A DNA stretch of 64,000 nucleotides from positions 10,664,001 to 10,728,000 of the forward strand of contig OU015569.1 of the NCBI GenBank assembly GCA_907165135.1, given 5' to 3'. The notes under the pieces are model-generated. The model did not search any database. It was given only the letters and a program-made list of their open reading frames with translations, and was not told the DNA's origin. This document shows positions 24,941 to 38,500 of this stretch, in pieces (within the stretch, counting starts at the first letter, position 1; every line of letters begins with the position of its first letter). The translations under genes and the position numbers were made by a program. The DNA comes from Oikopleura dioica (Eukaryota; Animalia; Chordata).

Positions 24941-27900
24941 ATGAATCTTGCTGAAACTCTCGCACGCGTAGACTTGACCGATGAAAGGCAGCAGCAACAG
25001 CTCTATCACTGGTTCGAGCAGTGTAAGGACGATCAGAGTGCGATTCAATTCGCCTGCGACGCCTTGACCAAGCGAACTTACGGTGATAGGGATCAGGTAC
25101 GCAGCTGGGATGTTCTTATCTTAGCTTAGCCAGCAGTTAACATTTGAAACGCAGGGAAGAAAGGCCGCAGGATAGCTTCACTAGCGTACCCTCACTATTT
25201 TGAAGAAGCTATCTTGCAGCTTTCTGTAAAAATAGCATGATAATTAACCTGGATAAATACATCTACAGTGGTGTGTGGAGTTGCTGCACCCTTAGCGAGT
25301 GCTGCGTTGCTGCACCCCTGACCCGCACTTTTTCTATTGTTTTCTTCTAGAAGTAGCAAAAGTGAGTGCTGCGTTTCTGCACCTTTTACCCGCTGTCTAG
25401 GGGTGCAGCAACTCCACACACCACTGTAGTTTTTACCAGAATGTGAGCCTTAAATTGATAACGGCCAGTGGGTCGCAAAGTGCAACACATTCTATCTTTG
25501 TTCAAAACTGTCTCCACAAGGTGTTCTGGGATAAACCTTATGTGACACCTTATGTGGTATTTATCAAGGAATTCTATCGTGCTATTTTTCTAATTTTCTT
25601 ACTTTATCTTGCGGCTTTTTGCTTTATTTTGTTAAAAAACTTAAAAAAAAATATATTTCAACGATAGCACCTCCTCTTATGTCCAACTTTGCCACCCACT
25701 CATCATCTTTAAGGTCGTCTTCTTCCTCTTCCTCGTTCTGGAAGCAGAGGCCAAACGCCTCGACACCACGGATGCTCTTGTGCCCCTCGATAGTTTCAAA
25801 ATCACCTTGGTAGAAACATGCAAGTACGCAGCTCTCTGTCCCAACTTCGTCTCCAGCAAGATCGCTCAAGTGATGGCTGTTTCCTTCACAAAGCTGTATC
25901 CAAAGCATTGGCCGGACTTTTTTGAGTGCCTCATTCAGTGCGGACCGGACATTCTCCTCTCCACGTTGATTCAAATCGACGGGGAAGTAGTCAATCGGCG
26001 AATTCATCACACAAAGGTAAACGAAAACAGCGTGCTTATTTTGCTGACTCGCAACTTTAAGCGTGAGCTCGACAGAAATACAAGACTCAAGGATGAAATG
26101 CGAGTGAAGGATGTTGGAACGCTAGTGGCGACGTGGAAAGAGATTCTGGAGAAGGTAGTTGAGAGTAAATTGTCGTCTGCCATCGGATGCAAGTGTTTGG
26201 AAGTGGTTGGACAGTACATTGAATGGATTGATATCAACTTGGTAAGCGCATTTGTTCACGGGTGTAAGAGGATAGATTTTGAAAGGAAAGATCTTGCACT
26301 TTAAACTTGCCCAAAGTCTAGAAGTCGCATGACTTCTACTTTGCAATTCTTTTTACTGGAAGCCGAAAGCTTTATTTCTTAATTTATCGGTTTTCTTCAG
26401 GTTGTGAATGATGGTTTCATGGGCAAGATCTTCGAGCTTCTCAAAAGAGCAGATCTAGCCGAGTCTGTTTGCGATTGTTTAGGAGAAAGTAAGTTGTTGC
26501 AAAAAGTGCTTGAACATAGAATTATTTAGTCGTTCAAAAAGGAATGCCACCGAAAGAGAAGTGTGTTCTTGTCGAGTCATTGTACGGCGCGCTAGAAGCG
26601 GCCGGACTCTTTGAACTCCAAGACCACGATGACTTAGAAAGTGTCGCAAAGCTCATCTGTACATGTGGATCGGAGCTCATGCACCAGAACGAAAAGTTTC
26701 TGCGTCTTGACCCGCCGGATCAGGAGGGCGCGCATCAGGCGATGGTCGCCGGTGAGGTAAATTGTTAGTTTCGCATCCAAAGCAGTCAGTAAAAATGCTC
26801 TTTAGCGGAAAGTCGAGCTCGCTATTCGACTTCTTGCTCACGAGGATGACGAAGTCTCTGTTGAGACGTTGGATTTTCTTCAGACATATATCGGCCGCGC
26901 TCGGTCGTCAAACCACAAGATCCCAGACGAGCTGCTCAATAGGTGCATTCGTGCTGTCGTGGCCAAGTCTACATACTCGTCCGACTACAACTTCGATCGT
27001 CCAGGCCAAGACGAGGCCGAGGCCGACGAGTACATGACCGAACTCAAACAGCTCTTCGAAAGTTGCTGCCTTCACTCGCCCCAGGCCGTGATGATGATCG
27101 TCAAGGAGCGACTAGACGCGCTCAGCCCTCACATATCCATTCCAGAAGCTGAGGTTACGATCAGACTGCTGTACAACCTCGGCGAATGTCTTCCAGTCAA
27201 CATGGCAGGGAACTCGTTTAATAAAGACAATCCCAGTGAGCTCCAGCAACTTGTACAAATTTTTGTCGGCTCGAGTTCACCCCAGCACCATGCTGTCGTC
27301 AGACTGACACTCGAAACGATAGGTATTGCATTCCCTTCCTTTATTCGTTTTACTCATTCATTAGTTCGCTACAGCAAGTTCTTCCAGTTCCACGCCGAGC
27401 ATCTGGGTCCTGTCTTAGAGTTCATCGTTACCTCTGGCGGCCTGCTACACTCACACGGGATGGTGCGATCCCGCGCTGCTTACCTCTTCTCCAAGCTTGT
27501 CAGGGAGCTGCAGCCTGTGATGCCGACCTTCTCACGTGACCTGCTTCAAAACTTGCAGAAGGTCCTTTTCGAAGGAGACGAGGAATTTCTTTCCGAATCG
27601 GATCGTTCGTTCGTCTTTGAAGCCGCTGGATACTTGGCTGTATGCGCTCCTGTCAGTGCCGGGGAAAAGGCACAGCTGTTTTCGGAACTTCTTGGTCCTT
27701 TGGTTGAGCGATTCCAGATCGACGTGTCGAGTTTGGTGGAAACGCCGATGGAGCCAGAACAGCAGCAGATCATTTGCACCCGAGTAAGTCAATACATCGC
27801 CTGGGCTGGGCGAATAACAAAGTGCTGGAAAGGTCCCGACGGTGTCAATGCGTCCAATGCGCAGCCGATTTTGGCTGAAACGCTTAAGTACTTCATGAAA

Positions 27901-29005
27901 GGATTGCAAATTCCAAGCTCGATCGAGCCGCGTGCCGTCGTCATGCAATCTGTGCGAACGTTTTTGCATAGAATGCTTATTTGCATGGGACAAGACATCC
28001 TCGTCCTCCTGCCGGACGCACTGGCGATTTTCCTCGAGCGCGTAGAATACAGAGAGCTTCACGAACTCTTCCCATTGATCAACCAAATCGGCGCAAAATT
28101 CAAGGAGAAGACAGTGCCACTCATTTCAACACTTCTATCACGCATACTTGGCAACACGTTTCAAATGATCGAGTCCAACACCGGCGACAGGGAAGAAATC
28201 AAAACGATAACCAGAGACTTTTACAATTTCATCAATCAATCTGCAAACAATAACTTATTAGCGATCTTCACCACGGAAGAGAACCAGGGTCACATTATGA
28301 AAATGCTTTCCAGTGTCGAGGCTGGGGCGAGAAGTGGCGATCCTGTTGCGGCAAAGGTAGATGATCAGGGTTGATTCAGGGAGCGATAAAGTTTAGACAA
28401 TAATTGCGTGAAATTTTAGCGAACCAAAAGCGGTTGTTTCGCATTCTAGCCAATCAAAAGCCTGTATTGGCCTGTCTCTGAATTAGTAGCATTTAGTTTA
28501 GCCCGCCAAAATCTTGTTGCAACTTTGTTCAGCAATCGATCATGATGATTTCTAGAGCTTGATATTATTGTTCAGACATGTTTCACAATTTTCGCAAAAA
28601 TCGCGAAAGAGTGGGGCCAGCAGCCTTGGTTCGGCGACATCATCCAGAACCAGATCATACCTGCGTGTATTCTCGGCCCGGCCTCGCCAAACTACGACCT
28701 CAAAGACGCACAAACGCAGATGGCAGTGGCGGAGTCGGCTATTTGCATGAAGGCCCTGTACGAAATGCATGGTGAAGGATTGGTCGAGTACTTGCGCAGT
28801 ACATACTTGCCAAGTTTGTCGATTAGTGGTGATATTGGCGCAGAGTACTGTGAAGCACTGATGAAAAAAGAAATTAAAGGAACCGGTCATAAGTTGAATT
28901 TCAGACATCGTTAACTCTACATACTATGTACATAGCCTCCACATGATCTAGCCATACATCTAGGGAAGTTTTAAGAAATCTGTAGACATTTTTATAGACA
29001 GCTAA
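24941..29005 (+). CDS. XPOT: Exportin-T (tRNA exportin)
   Basis: KIAQVMAVSFTKLYPKHWPDFF, QIDGEVVNR, NTRLKDEMR, YIEWIDINLV, VRSRAAYLFSKLV, DPVAAKTCFTIF, DLKDAQTQMAVAE. The last exon is tentative. Confidence 0.92.
25266..25426. mobile_element. Tc1/mariner-type MITE, 161 bp, TA TSD, in XPOT intron 1
   Basis: ta|cagtggtgtgtggagttgctgcaccc...gggtgcagcaactccacacaccactg|ta; ~30-bp near-perfect TIR. Confidence 0.93.
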
Positions 29006-29344
29006 ATTTGACAACAAGTACTTCTTTCTTTTATGACCAGTCTCAAAGCTTTCAAGTGTTACGTTAAGTGTTTCTTTGGCAGATCACATCAGCCCTCGTG
29101 ACAAAAAGTGAAGTCCGACTCTTATACCAATTAAGTTTATTATTGACGCATTTGAAAGAATTGCATTCTCCAATTTATGATAATTTAGCCATCCAATTTT
29201 CCCTCTTCTCTTCCCCCTTTGTATAGTAACATAACTTAACTAACTCACCTCTCAGTAACTCACTCAGAAAACTCACCCAGGACAGTCGACACGCAACTGC
29301 TCTCTTTTTGCTGCTATCTAGACAAAGAGACCCTCTCCCTAGAT

Positions 29345-29534
29345 CAGAGTTCGAAATTTGTTGGCAGTACTGCCACGACTGCCACTGGCAGCTGCCAATT
29401 TCGGCAGTCACTTGGCAGTGGCAGTTACATTTTTCAAGTGCTGGCAGTTACTGGCAGTGGCAGTTGCAATTTAAAAAAGGCTGGCAGTCGCTTGGCAGTG
29501 GCAGTCGCCATTTTCTTTCAGATTTCGAACTCTG
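29345..29534. mobile_element. hAT-type MITE, 190 bp, 8-bp TSD
   Basis: TIR cagagttcgaaat/atttcgaactctg; CCCTAGAT at 29337-29344 and 29535-29542; interior packed with tggcagt/actgcca motifs. Confidence 0.93.
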
Positions 29535-29936
29535 CCCTAGATCAATTCAATTACTATTATCATCACTAGAATCAATAATTATTATCTAGTGACATAAAGA
29601 GTCCCACAAAGTTCAAATATTTATTTCCTTATCCTCGATAGCTCAATCTTCTCTAGTTCTCTTCCTTGATTTTAAAGCTGTTCAAAGAGAGTTAGAAATC
29701 CGTTTTGCTGACATCTAACAGGCTCTATTACATACAAACCAAATTCTGTTAAGCATTATTATATGTAAATTTCTTACATTTATCGCCAATACCGGCGGTA
29801 CAGGCAAAAAAAGCATCTCGTTTCTTTCCGTGACGTCCTGGTGCTATCACAGAAATTAATAAATACAGATTAAACATTGATCTAAATCTCTAGAATCAAA
29901 CAATTTACTTTTCAGAAATCGGACTTGGTTGAAATC

Positions 29937-30459
29937 ATGGAAGTGACAAATTACTCCCGCGTGATCGACGCTTTGAGCAGCATTTGCTCGGCCAATGCAG
30001 ACATGAGATCAGTCGTGATGGACATCAACTCCGGCGAGCTCGTTTCTTTTTATAACCTGGATTCGGATGGAGAAGCGTTTCGACAAGCAACCGCGATCAC
30101 GGCCTCGTTCTTCGGCAAGCTTTGGGCGGGTCAAGAAGAAACTGCCAATCAACACGATGATAAATTAGAGGTAAAGAACCATAGCTTCGTCTCGTTGGTA
30201 GACCCTTTTCTGTTAAGATACTTTTCAATGTGAATGAAAATGGAGTCAATTCCCTGACGCCTTTCTACTCGAGGAGTTCCAATAGTGGCAAGAGGGACGG
30301 CCTTCTGCTGGTGATTATGGCCGGTGACATCGAACTAGGAGCGCTCAAGGTACACCCCTTCATCTCCTTCAGGGTGAGTAACAGTATTTTCAGAGAATAT
30401 CGGAGCAGGGGGCAGAAAGGCTGTGTAAAATCTTTTTCGACGATGGCAAAAAGAAATAG
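29937..30459 (+). CDS. Roadblock/LC7-fold protein, divergent LAMTOR2-like; 3 exons
   Basis: RQATAITASFFGKLWAG and LLLVIMAGDIELGALKRISEQGAERL resemble LAMTOR2 (recalled alignment); two phase-0 GT-AG introns. Confidence 0.6.
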
Positions 30460-30634
30460 AATGAAAAGAATGCTCGAACAAACTAACTACTAACCTGTCT
30501 TCTACTGCTCCTGAGAAATTCTTCATCTACATTTACTCATTTTCATCACATTTTCTTCTTTTAGTGACATTTTTATTATTTTAAAAGGCCAATTTCATGT
30601 TCATTTACGATCATTTTATACATTTAGACTTATA

Positions 30635-31457
30635 ATGAGTCATGTCGATCGGAAGAAGATTCTTTTGCTGCGCACTAATTTCGGCAAAGAAGTGTGGGAT
30701 CATCTAGAGTTGGTGATTGGAGATGAGTCTATCGCCAATGATCCCAAATTGAGACACAACAAAAAACACTGATGAGTACGTTGAGCAAGCTGAGCGTCGA
30801 GGTTGGACTGTGGTTAACGTCTCACCCATCGTCCGACGTCCCCTGCCCATGGAAGACCTCGAATCCAAGCTAAAAACGGGTGGATACGGGGGCGTCATCA
30901 TCACCTCGTCGTTCACGATCAGCTGCCTCCCAAACTCAATTGTGGAGGAGCTCGCCAGCATTGGCGGGCCGACGTTTGTTGTCGGGAAAAAGACAGCCGA
31001 GGTTGCTCGCCAAGCGGGTTTCCAGCAACTTATTGGAGAAGAAATTGGCTCGACGGCCGAGCTGTCTCCAATCGTCTCCAGCTGGCAAGAAAAGAATGAA
31101 GAAGACAAGGTGCCAAGGCTGCTTTTTCCCGGGGCCAGGACCCGCGCGCGGGGACTGGCAGAACTACCCGCGATCGACGAGGTCGCGGTTTACGAGACAG
31201 TTGCTAGAGAAGAAAGTGTGCTAGCAGCTGAAATAATGGCGCAGGCGCCATTCGACGTCGCCGTCTTCTTCTCCCCAAGCGGAGTGAAGGCCGCACACGA
31301 CATCGTCGCGCGACAGAAGACCACGAGGATGATTGCTCTGGGACTTACAACAGCGAAATCGTTTCCGGATGGAAGCGATGTGTCAGCATCATCAAAACCC
31401 ACCGCAGAGGGGGTCTTCGCTGCCATTGAAGAAGCGCTACACGCTTACTCAACTTAA
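30635..31457 (+). CDS. UROS: Uroporphyrinogen-III synthase
   Basis: KILLLRTNF, YGGVIITS, FVVGKKTA, LLFPGA, EVAVYETV, AVFFSPSGV, IALGLTTA, KPTAEG; a GC-AG intron (30684-30753) is needed to join the N-terminus. Confidence 0.88.
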
Positions 31458-31536
31458 ATTCTATCCTTGCACTGTCTCAACACGCAATTTTCTTTTTTAT
31501 AACTATTGAAAAGAACAATTATAGAGATAGAAAAGA

Positions 31537-32485
31537 ATGAGCTCGATAGGATCTGGATATGATCTCTCGGCGGACATGTTCTCCCCTGACGGACGCGTCT
31601 TCCAGGTCGAATATGCGATGAAAGCCGTCGAAAATGGATCGACAATTGTCGGCCTTAGATGCAAGGACGGCGTAGTTCTGGCGACAGAGAAGCTCATTTC
31701 CTCTTCACTCCATGTCGCTGGTGATAACAGCCGAATTTTCAAGGTGAACGCCGTCTCTCTTTCTGTTTCTCTTATCCCTCTTTTAGATCGATGATCACAT
31801 TGGAATGGCCGCAGCTGGTCTTCTACCCGACGCCCGCTCACTGGCTGAGATTTTGAGAGACGAAGCCACTAAGTTCCGCCGAGAGTACGGCCGCCCCATT
31901 CCCCTCAAGGTCCTTTGCCACACTGTTGCTAGTTACGTTCATCAATACACTCGCCATTCTTCTATCCGGTAAGCACCTACAGCATGAGGTGATTCTTTCG
32001 TTCGAACTTCGAAGCCAGTAAGAGAAAGAGAACTGTATCAATAAAGCTAGAAGAATAACCTCTTAAAATTATCTTCAGTCCATTTGGATGCACTCTTCTT
32101 CTGTCGTCATTTTATCAAGGCAAGGCCGAGCTCTGGACGATCGATCCCTCCGGAGCAGCCTTTGGCTTCAAAGGTGCCGCAGCTGGCAAGGCAAAGAACA
32201 ACGCAAAGACTGAAATCGAAAAGCTCGACCTCGACAATCTCACCGTCAAAGAAGGCCTCAAAGAAGCTGCTAGAATTATTCACTCCGTTCACGATGATCT
32301 TAAAGGTACTGAAAAACTCCTCCGAAGTCTCTAATTGTTGGATAGACAAAAGCTTCGAGCTGGAGCTGTCCTGGGTATCAGCCGACAATCCAAAGCACAA
32401 CCGCGTTCCCAAGAACGTCGCTGAGGAAGTCGAGGCAGCTGCCAAGGCGGCACTAGAAGATTCAGACTCCGAAGACGACATGTAA
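31537..32485 (+). CDS. PSMA3: Proteasome subunit alpha type-3 (alpha7)
   Basis: [44 protein letters not shown], acidic tail; 4 exons. Confidence 0.97.
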
Positions 32486-32803
32486 ACGAACTCTTCTCAG
32501 TCAGAAGATACACCACTACAGATACGCCGTGCACATCACAATTTTAGCTCAGAAAAAAATCGATAAAAAAAAATATAAAAATTTCGCCTACTCTCTTTTT
32601 ATCACTGAAAGCAATTTACATGTACATGTTAAACTTGTCTTTGGTTACTTCAAATTCTTAAAAATGGACCTAGTGTCAACTGCTGAAACTGTCCACTTCT
32701 GTCCAAGTTCTAAGTTCAAAGAAAAAAAAGAAACAACTACAATAGTGTAGAAACTTTCTACTAGAAAGAGAGTCGTCTTTTTTCAAAGTGTTGAATTGTT
32801 AGA

Positions 32804-34587
32804 ATGTCGGAGGAAGGAGCAGCAGAGAAGAAGTTGACTGTCGATAACGGACCGGAAGTCCTCGACCGAGTGCCAGAGCATTACTTGAAAAAGGTTATCT
32901 TCCTTCATTTTTCGACCGTGTAACTTTTATACAAAATAGTTCTGTGTTCTATTTTAAAAAGACTATTTATCAAGCTCGGAAGCCTCAAGCGGTTTCCTCG
33001 CTGGTCGCTTGCTAAAGACATCTTTTGTTTGCTCTTGAGTCGTTGAATACAAGGTTGCTACTGACAGAGATTCCCTTGCTTCATGTCGAACCGCCCCTTT
33101 TTTAACCACTGTTGTAGCGAAAACGATACAATGCAGTGCAGCGAAAGCAGAACGAGATCAACAGAACGACACGAACGAAACGGGCTGCGCCGACGATCGA
33201 ATTCAAACGGGCTGAACATTTCCTCCGTGCTTCCAAGCTCGGCAAGCGTGACGAGGTACGAGTCAAGCGGCAAATGATGAAGCTCGTCAGAAATATCGGA
33301 ACGAAAAGCAGTGGTTACAAGAAGGACGTCAAACTCGTCCTCGTCGTCAGAATCAGAACAGCAGATGGAATTGGGTGGGTCTGACTTTTTCAGTTGGATT
33401 TTAACTCTTTCGGTCTTTAGAAAGATGGCCATTCGAGCCATGCGAGAGCTCAGAGTTATGGAGAAGTATCATGCAGCATTTGTCAAGTAAGTTCTAGCGC
33501 TGGGAAATCTGAGGAGTGGATCATCCTCGACTTTTCCGTTTCTCAGTTAGAAAAATTAGATTTCCCATCGAAATTGACGAAGTTTTACAGAAAATCCCTT
33601 ATTCCATGCTAAAACGCTAGAATTGTTGCGAGAAACGTTCAGTGCTTTTTTGTCAAAAAACCAATTTGTTTGAAAATGTTCTATTTATAAAAAACTGTAT
33701 AATAAAACTGATTTTAGGTACACAGAGAAGACTCATCGTCTCTTGCGAGTTGCAGAGCCGTACATCACGTGGGGCGTTCCAGATGTCACGACAATTCGAG
33801 ACCTTTTAACGAAGCGAGGCTTCGCTAATGTGAACGTGAGTCATCGCGCGCGATGAGTAATATCAGCTGAACGACGCGCCACTCCGCGCGTTTTCAAATA
33901 AATTCACTACTTTTCCAACTTTCGCGATTTTCCCGACTCGGAATATATTTTTCAAAGAGAAAAATCAAAGTTAGAGACTTACTGGTTATCTGAGCAAGCC
34001 TACAATTATTCTGGCTAGAGAGATTTACGCCAAGAGCAAGAAATAAGAGAAACACTCGGAATTCTTGGGATTTTTTTAGAAAATTTAGACTTTCTCTAAT
34101 TTTTGTTTTATAGATTAATTTACTGGCTATAAAAAGAGCAGTCACGCGCATTTAAAATGAGAGTTCTGATTGTTCTTATTTAGAAAACGAACAAATTTAA
34201 CAGAAGCGCTGAAAATTAATATTTAAAAGCCGCGTGCGGCTTTTGTTGGAAAAAATCAACGCGAATGATTTTAATTGGCTGATATTCCCACGTGAGAGCG
34301 TTCTGATCAAAAATTTTACAGTAAATTAGGGAGAAAGAATGATCCTGAATTCCAACGCCGCCGTCGAAAACGCGCTCGGCCACATTGACATGTTGGCGAT
34401 CGAAGATTTGATTAAAGAGATCATCTCGGTCGGCGAGAACTTCGACACCGTCAACAAGTTCTTGGCCCCCTTTGCCTTGAGTGCACCCCCTGGCGGCGCC
34501 AAAAAGAGCCACATTGCCACGGCCAAGGGCGGCCAAAACGGCGACCGAGGGGAGGAAATCTGCGCTTTTGTCCGATCAATGGCCTAA
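32804..34587 (+). CDS. RPL7L1: uL30-family ribosome biogenesis protein (RPL7L1/Rlp7-like)
   Basis: VPEHYLKK, FKRAEHFL, LVLVVRIR, AEPYITWGVP, RDLLTKRG, IEDLIKEI, NKFLAPFAL, GDRGEEI. Divergence from canonical RPL7 favours RPL7L1. Confidence 0.75.
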
Positions 34588-34706
34588 AGGCTATTTTTAG
34601 CTCTGTGAACTGACTGACTCTCTCTTGAACTTACTGAAGGATACATGAATGAAACGTGGAAATGTTTACTCTCAGGTTTTAACGGCTTCTTTCTTTTAGA
34701 CCGAAA

Positions 34707-35337
34707 ATGGCTCAATCTGTCTCTACCGCCAAGATCGTGCGAAAGCGCAACAAGCGATTCATTCGACACCAGTCTGATCGGTAAGTCTTTACTTGCGAAG
34801 TTTTTACTAACCTAACCAGATTCTGGTCGGGAGAACCAGTCTGTAGAAGAGAGCATTCTGTTGCCTCTAGTACAGAAGGACCAGACTCATTGCACCTAAT
34901 TTTGCTGTAAATTCCAGGTTTAACTCATTTTTAGCTTCATGCGTGTCGATGCCTCCTGGAGAAAGCCAAGAGGTATTGACTCCCGAGTTCGACGACGATT
35001 CAAGGGACAGTACATCATGCCCTCGATCGGTTACGGAACCAAGGCCGCCGACCGACACCGATGCAAGGACCAGAAGAACTTCAAGCGATTCGTCGTCAAC
35101 AACGTCGCCGAGCTCGAGGTGCTCATGATGAACAACCGGGTCTTCTGCGCCGAAATCGCCGCCGCCGTCTCTGCCAAGAAGCGCAAGGTACGTTCGCCTG
35201 TCCATTAGGGCCCACCGTCGGTTAGGGCCTTAAAATCTTAATGACGCTCTTTTCAGGAAATCGTCGAGCGAGCCGCCCAGTTGGACATCCACGTCACCAA
35301 CAAGAACGCCCGCGTCAGATCCCAGGACAAGGAGTAA
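34707..35337 (+). CDS. RPL32: 60S ribosomal protein L32 (eL32)
   Basis: [17 protein letters not shown]|[24 protein letters not shown]...[14 protein letters not shown]|EIVERA. Confidence 0.98.
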
Positions 35338-35584
35338 ACTCCGTGACTCTTTGTACTGTAATAAATCCGCCGGCAAAAAAAATCATTTATGTTGTCATTT
35401 TTTATTCGAAGGAAAAATTTGCAGGAACATTTCAGCATGAAAGAGAAAAGCAAAATAGTGACGATAATCAAGGGAAAATGAGATTTTCGTTGTCGTTGTT
35501 CTCCTGAAATTTTGTCTTGTCGATCTTCTTTTTTGAACAAAATTCTCACTTTCAAGAATGCGCGGGAAAGCATAGAAAAGGAAA

Positions 35585-38500
35585 ATGGACGCTTTTGCTA
35601 CGTTCGGGGCTCTGAATGATTCCCAGAGCAACGGGCCCCAGAAGCAGCAATTCTTCGAAAATGAGCTCGCGCAGGTTGATAATTTGACTGGCAGTGGGTC
35701 CGTTCTCGAACCATCCCTCGATCCAGCGGCTTATGACGAAGGAGCTGTTGGCGGACAGACCCAAAAAGAACTCGACCAGGTGCGCGCGCTAAAATTGCAG
35801 AAAGACGCGATGGGAGCGCAGCATTCCGGCAAGATCGACGAAGCAGTCGCTCTTTACCACAAGTTGCTCGACACTGGCTTCGTTCGAGATTCAGAAGATG
35901 GCCATCCGGGGCACCGAATGAAATACATCGCGTTCAAAAACATTGCGAAAATTCTCCCGCCGGACAGGGCAGAAGAAAGCATCAAATTCTACCTGAAGGC
36001 GAGCGAAATTGACAGCTCAGAAACGCAGCTCTGGTGGAAGCTCGGAATGAAAGCGCTGGAAATTGGAAACGTTCTTTTAGCGCACAATTCTTTCGCAAAA
36101 GCCCTTACCTTATCCGACCGGCATTGGCCTAGTATCGACAAAATTTTATACACGGGGCTGATTTTAAACAACTTCCGGGACATAATCAGACGGGCTCTTG
36201 CTGCACTCCAACTTGACCGGAAATACGGCACCGCTCGTCTGGCGTTGCTAAAAATCCGCGACTTTTATCCGATAATGTTCGACGATCCTGAAGACTTAGA
36301 GACTGCGGAGTCGTTCGATCTGGAAAAATGCACCGAGCGAGATCAGAAAACATTCGACAAGCTTTATTCGAGATATGAAAAACGATGGATTGAGTACTGT
36401 AAATTCACCCCACTAGATACACCTCCAGAACTACTTGAAACTCCGAATTATAACATTCTTGATGTTAAATGCAACAAGTACTCGTTTTCGAGCATCGGGA
36501 AGAGTCTCATAAGAAGTTTGGAGAAATTCGATGAAAAGGATTTCGACAGGATTTCTGTTGCGCATTTAGCTGGAAAGAAAAGACCTTTCAAAGCGATTGA
36601 AAATGCTCAAATCTATCATATTGACACGAAAAAGAGAAAGAAAGACAAATCACTCAAGCTGCCGAAGAAAGACAGAAACAAGAAGGCGCTGGAAATAACT
36701 GAACACAGCTCTGCCTTCTCCCTCGTCATTCCATATTTACTGCCTCACGAATACCGTGTTGAGTTCAACGATTGCCTCGGATCATCCCTAAATGAATCGG
36801 CATTGGAGCCCGAGCTGATAATTTCGAATGCAAAAGTCGAATCAGAAAACGAGCGTCGCTTTATGGTCGTTTTGAGGGAGCAAGAACCGACGATGCTTCT
36901 CGAATTCTTGAGCTTCAAATCTTCGAATCGCCCTTTAAAGATATTTACTTTCATTCGCGATTTCTGTCTCCATCTGACTGGGTTGACATCGAATCAGTGG
37001 AGTAACTCATTGAAAAATAATTTCATCACGCTTTGGAAAGCGCTTGAATCGCGGCGCTTCGTGGAGATTGTCCTGTCGGACAATGTTCGTGCGGATATCA
37101 TGGAAATGAAGCCGACAAAGATTGTTAGATTACTTCAAGATTTCAAAGGATACCTTCTCTTTGCCGAATTGGAAGTGGACGCGGAAATGGTCAGGCGAGG
37201 CTTGCGCTTGGGGCCGGCATGTCTCTCACCAGGAAACGACGGGAAAGATTCGCTGGACGATCCAACGAGGTCGAAAAATCAAAGACTGGCTCGGTACATC
37301 CGGCAGATGTTCATGTATCCCTCGGAAATGTACAGTGGAAACTGCACCGAGGTGCGCCTCCGTCTGATGTGGCTCGATGCGAAAATGTGGGTGCTGAGAA
37401 ATGATGCGAAATTCATGCTCCAGCGGCTAATGGACATTCAAGTCTTTCTCGTGAAAAACGATCACTGGGAAGTCAATATTCCTAATATCAAGGAAGCCCC
37501 TGTCATTTCACTGGCAGAAACCGAGAAGCGAATTCAAACGATTCAACGAGCAGAGCAGCGTGAAGAAGTCGAGCGACTCTACCAAGATGGCAATTACAAA
37601 CAAGTCGCTGAACTGCTCTGGGTGACGTTGAGGCTAAAGCCGAGCACAGCGGAGATCCAGCCTTTTCCACAAGAACGCGCGAATCAGCTGTGCTTGTTAT
37701 TGAACTCGCTTTCCTTCATCGCGCAGAATGACGAGTTCGGCTGGAAAACCTGGGCTCAGGGCATCGAAAGAGCGTTTGCCGAAGTAGCAGCTCGGATCAG
37801 AGTGCGGCATTCCTTGCCAGACTGGGTGAATGCAGCCGGCCAGTTGTGCTTGAATTTTTTGGAGCTGGATACAGACGATTATTCCACTATCTTCGAAGGG
37901 ATGAGCAAAAGCGAAATGGGCCGTTTTCAGCGTTCTCTTGCTACATTTTCCGCCGCTCAAATGGAACTCGGGCCAGAACCGGCTGTCATTCGCCGCTCTT
38001 TAGTTCCAGTTTGGCTCATCGGCTACCACGCTCTAAAGTCCATAAACGAGCTAGAAAACGACGAGTCAGACAATCGGAAAATCTCTTCTGAATCAAGCGC
38101 TTCGGAAGAAAGCCAGAAAGAATTCGATGAGGCGACATTCGATATGAAACAACTGCGCTTTTATCCTGATCTGGAAATAGCCCCTTGTGTCCAGTTGTTG
38201 ATTACGGCGCATTCTGAGCTCGGGAGTTGCAACTGGTGCACAGACGGAAACGGAAGTCTTTTGAAGTTCATCATTCCAACTTTCAACGCGCTCCGGAAAA
38301 AATTAAAAGCCGATCCGGATGGGCTTGATTCGGCCAAACCAAAAATTGTGAATCTTCTGAACAACGAACTTCAACAAGCAATCTACTGCTTCGTCCAGTT
38401 CCCTGCAAAAAAACCAAAATCAATTACGGATCATCGGAGTACGAAGATCCCGCTCAGCTGGCAAAATGTCGTTTTAGTTTTCGACGTGTTGTTTCCCGAG

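Noticed and set aside
29240-29285. Three tandem GTGAGT motifs on the minus strand as spliced-leader RNA donors
   Set aside because: No leader-like exon, stem-loops or Sm site; looks like low-complexity sequence.
33894-34151. Nested minus-strand secreted peptide in an RPL7L1 intron
   Set aside because: A signal-like stretch and a gtaagt donor are present, but joining the start needs an unsupported non-canonical splice.
34781-34934. H/ACA snoRNA in the long RPL32 intron
   Set aside because: ANANNA boxes and short hairpins exist, but the hairpins are too small, lack pseudouridylation pockets, and no ACA box is correctly placed.
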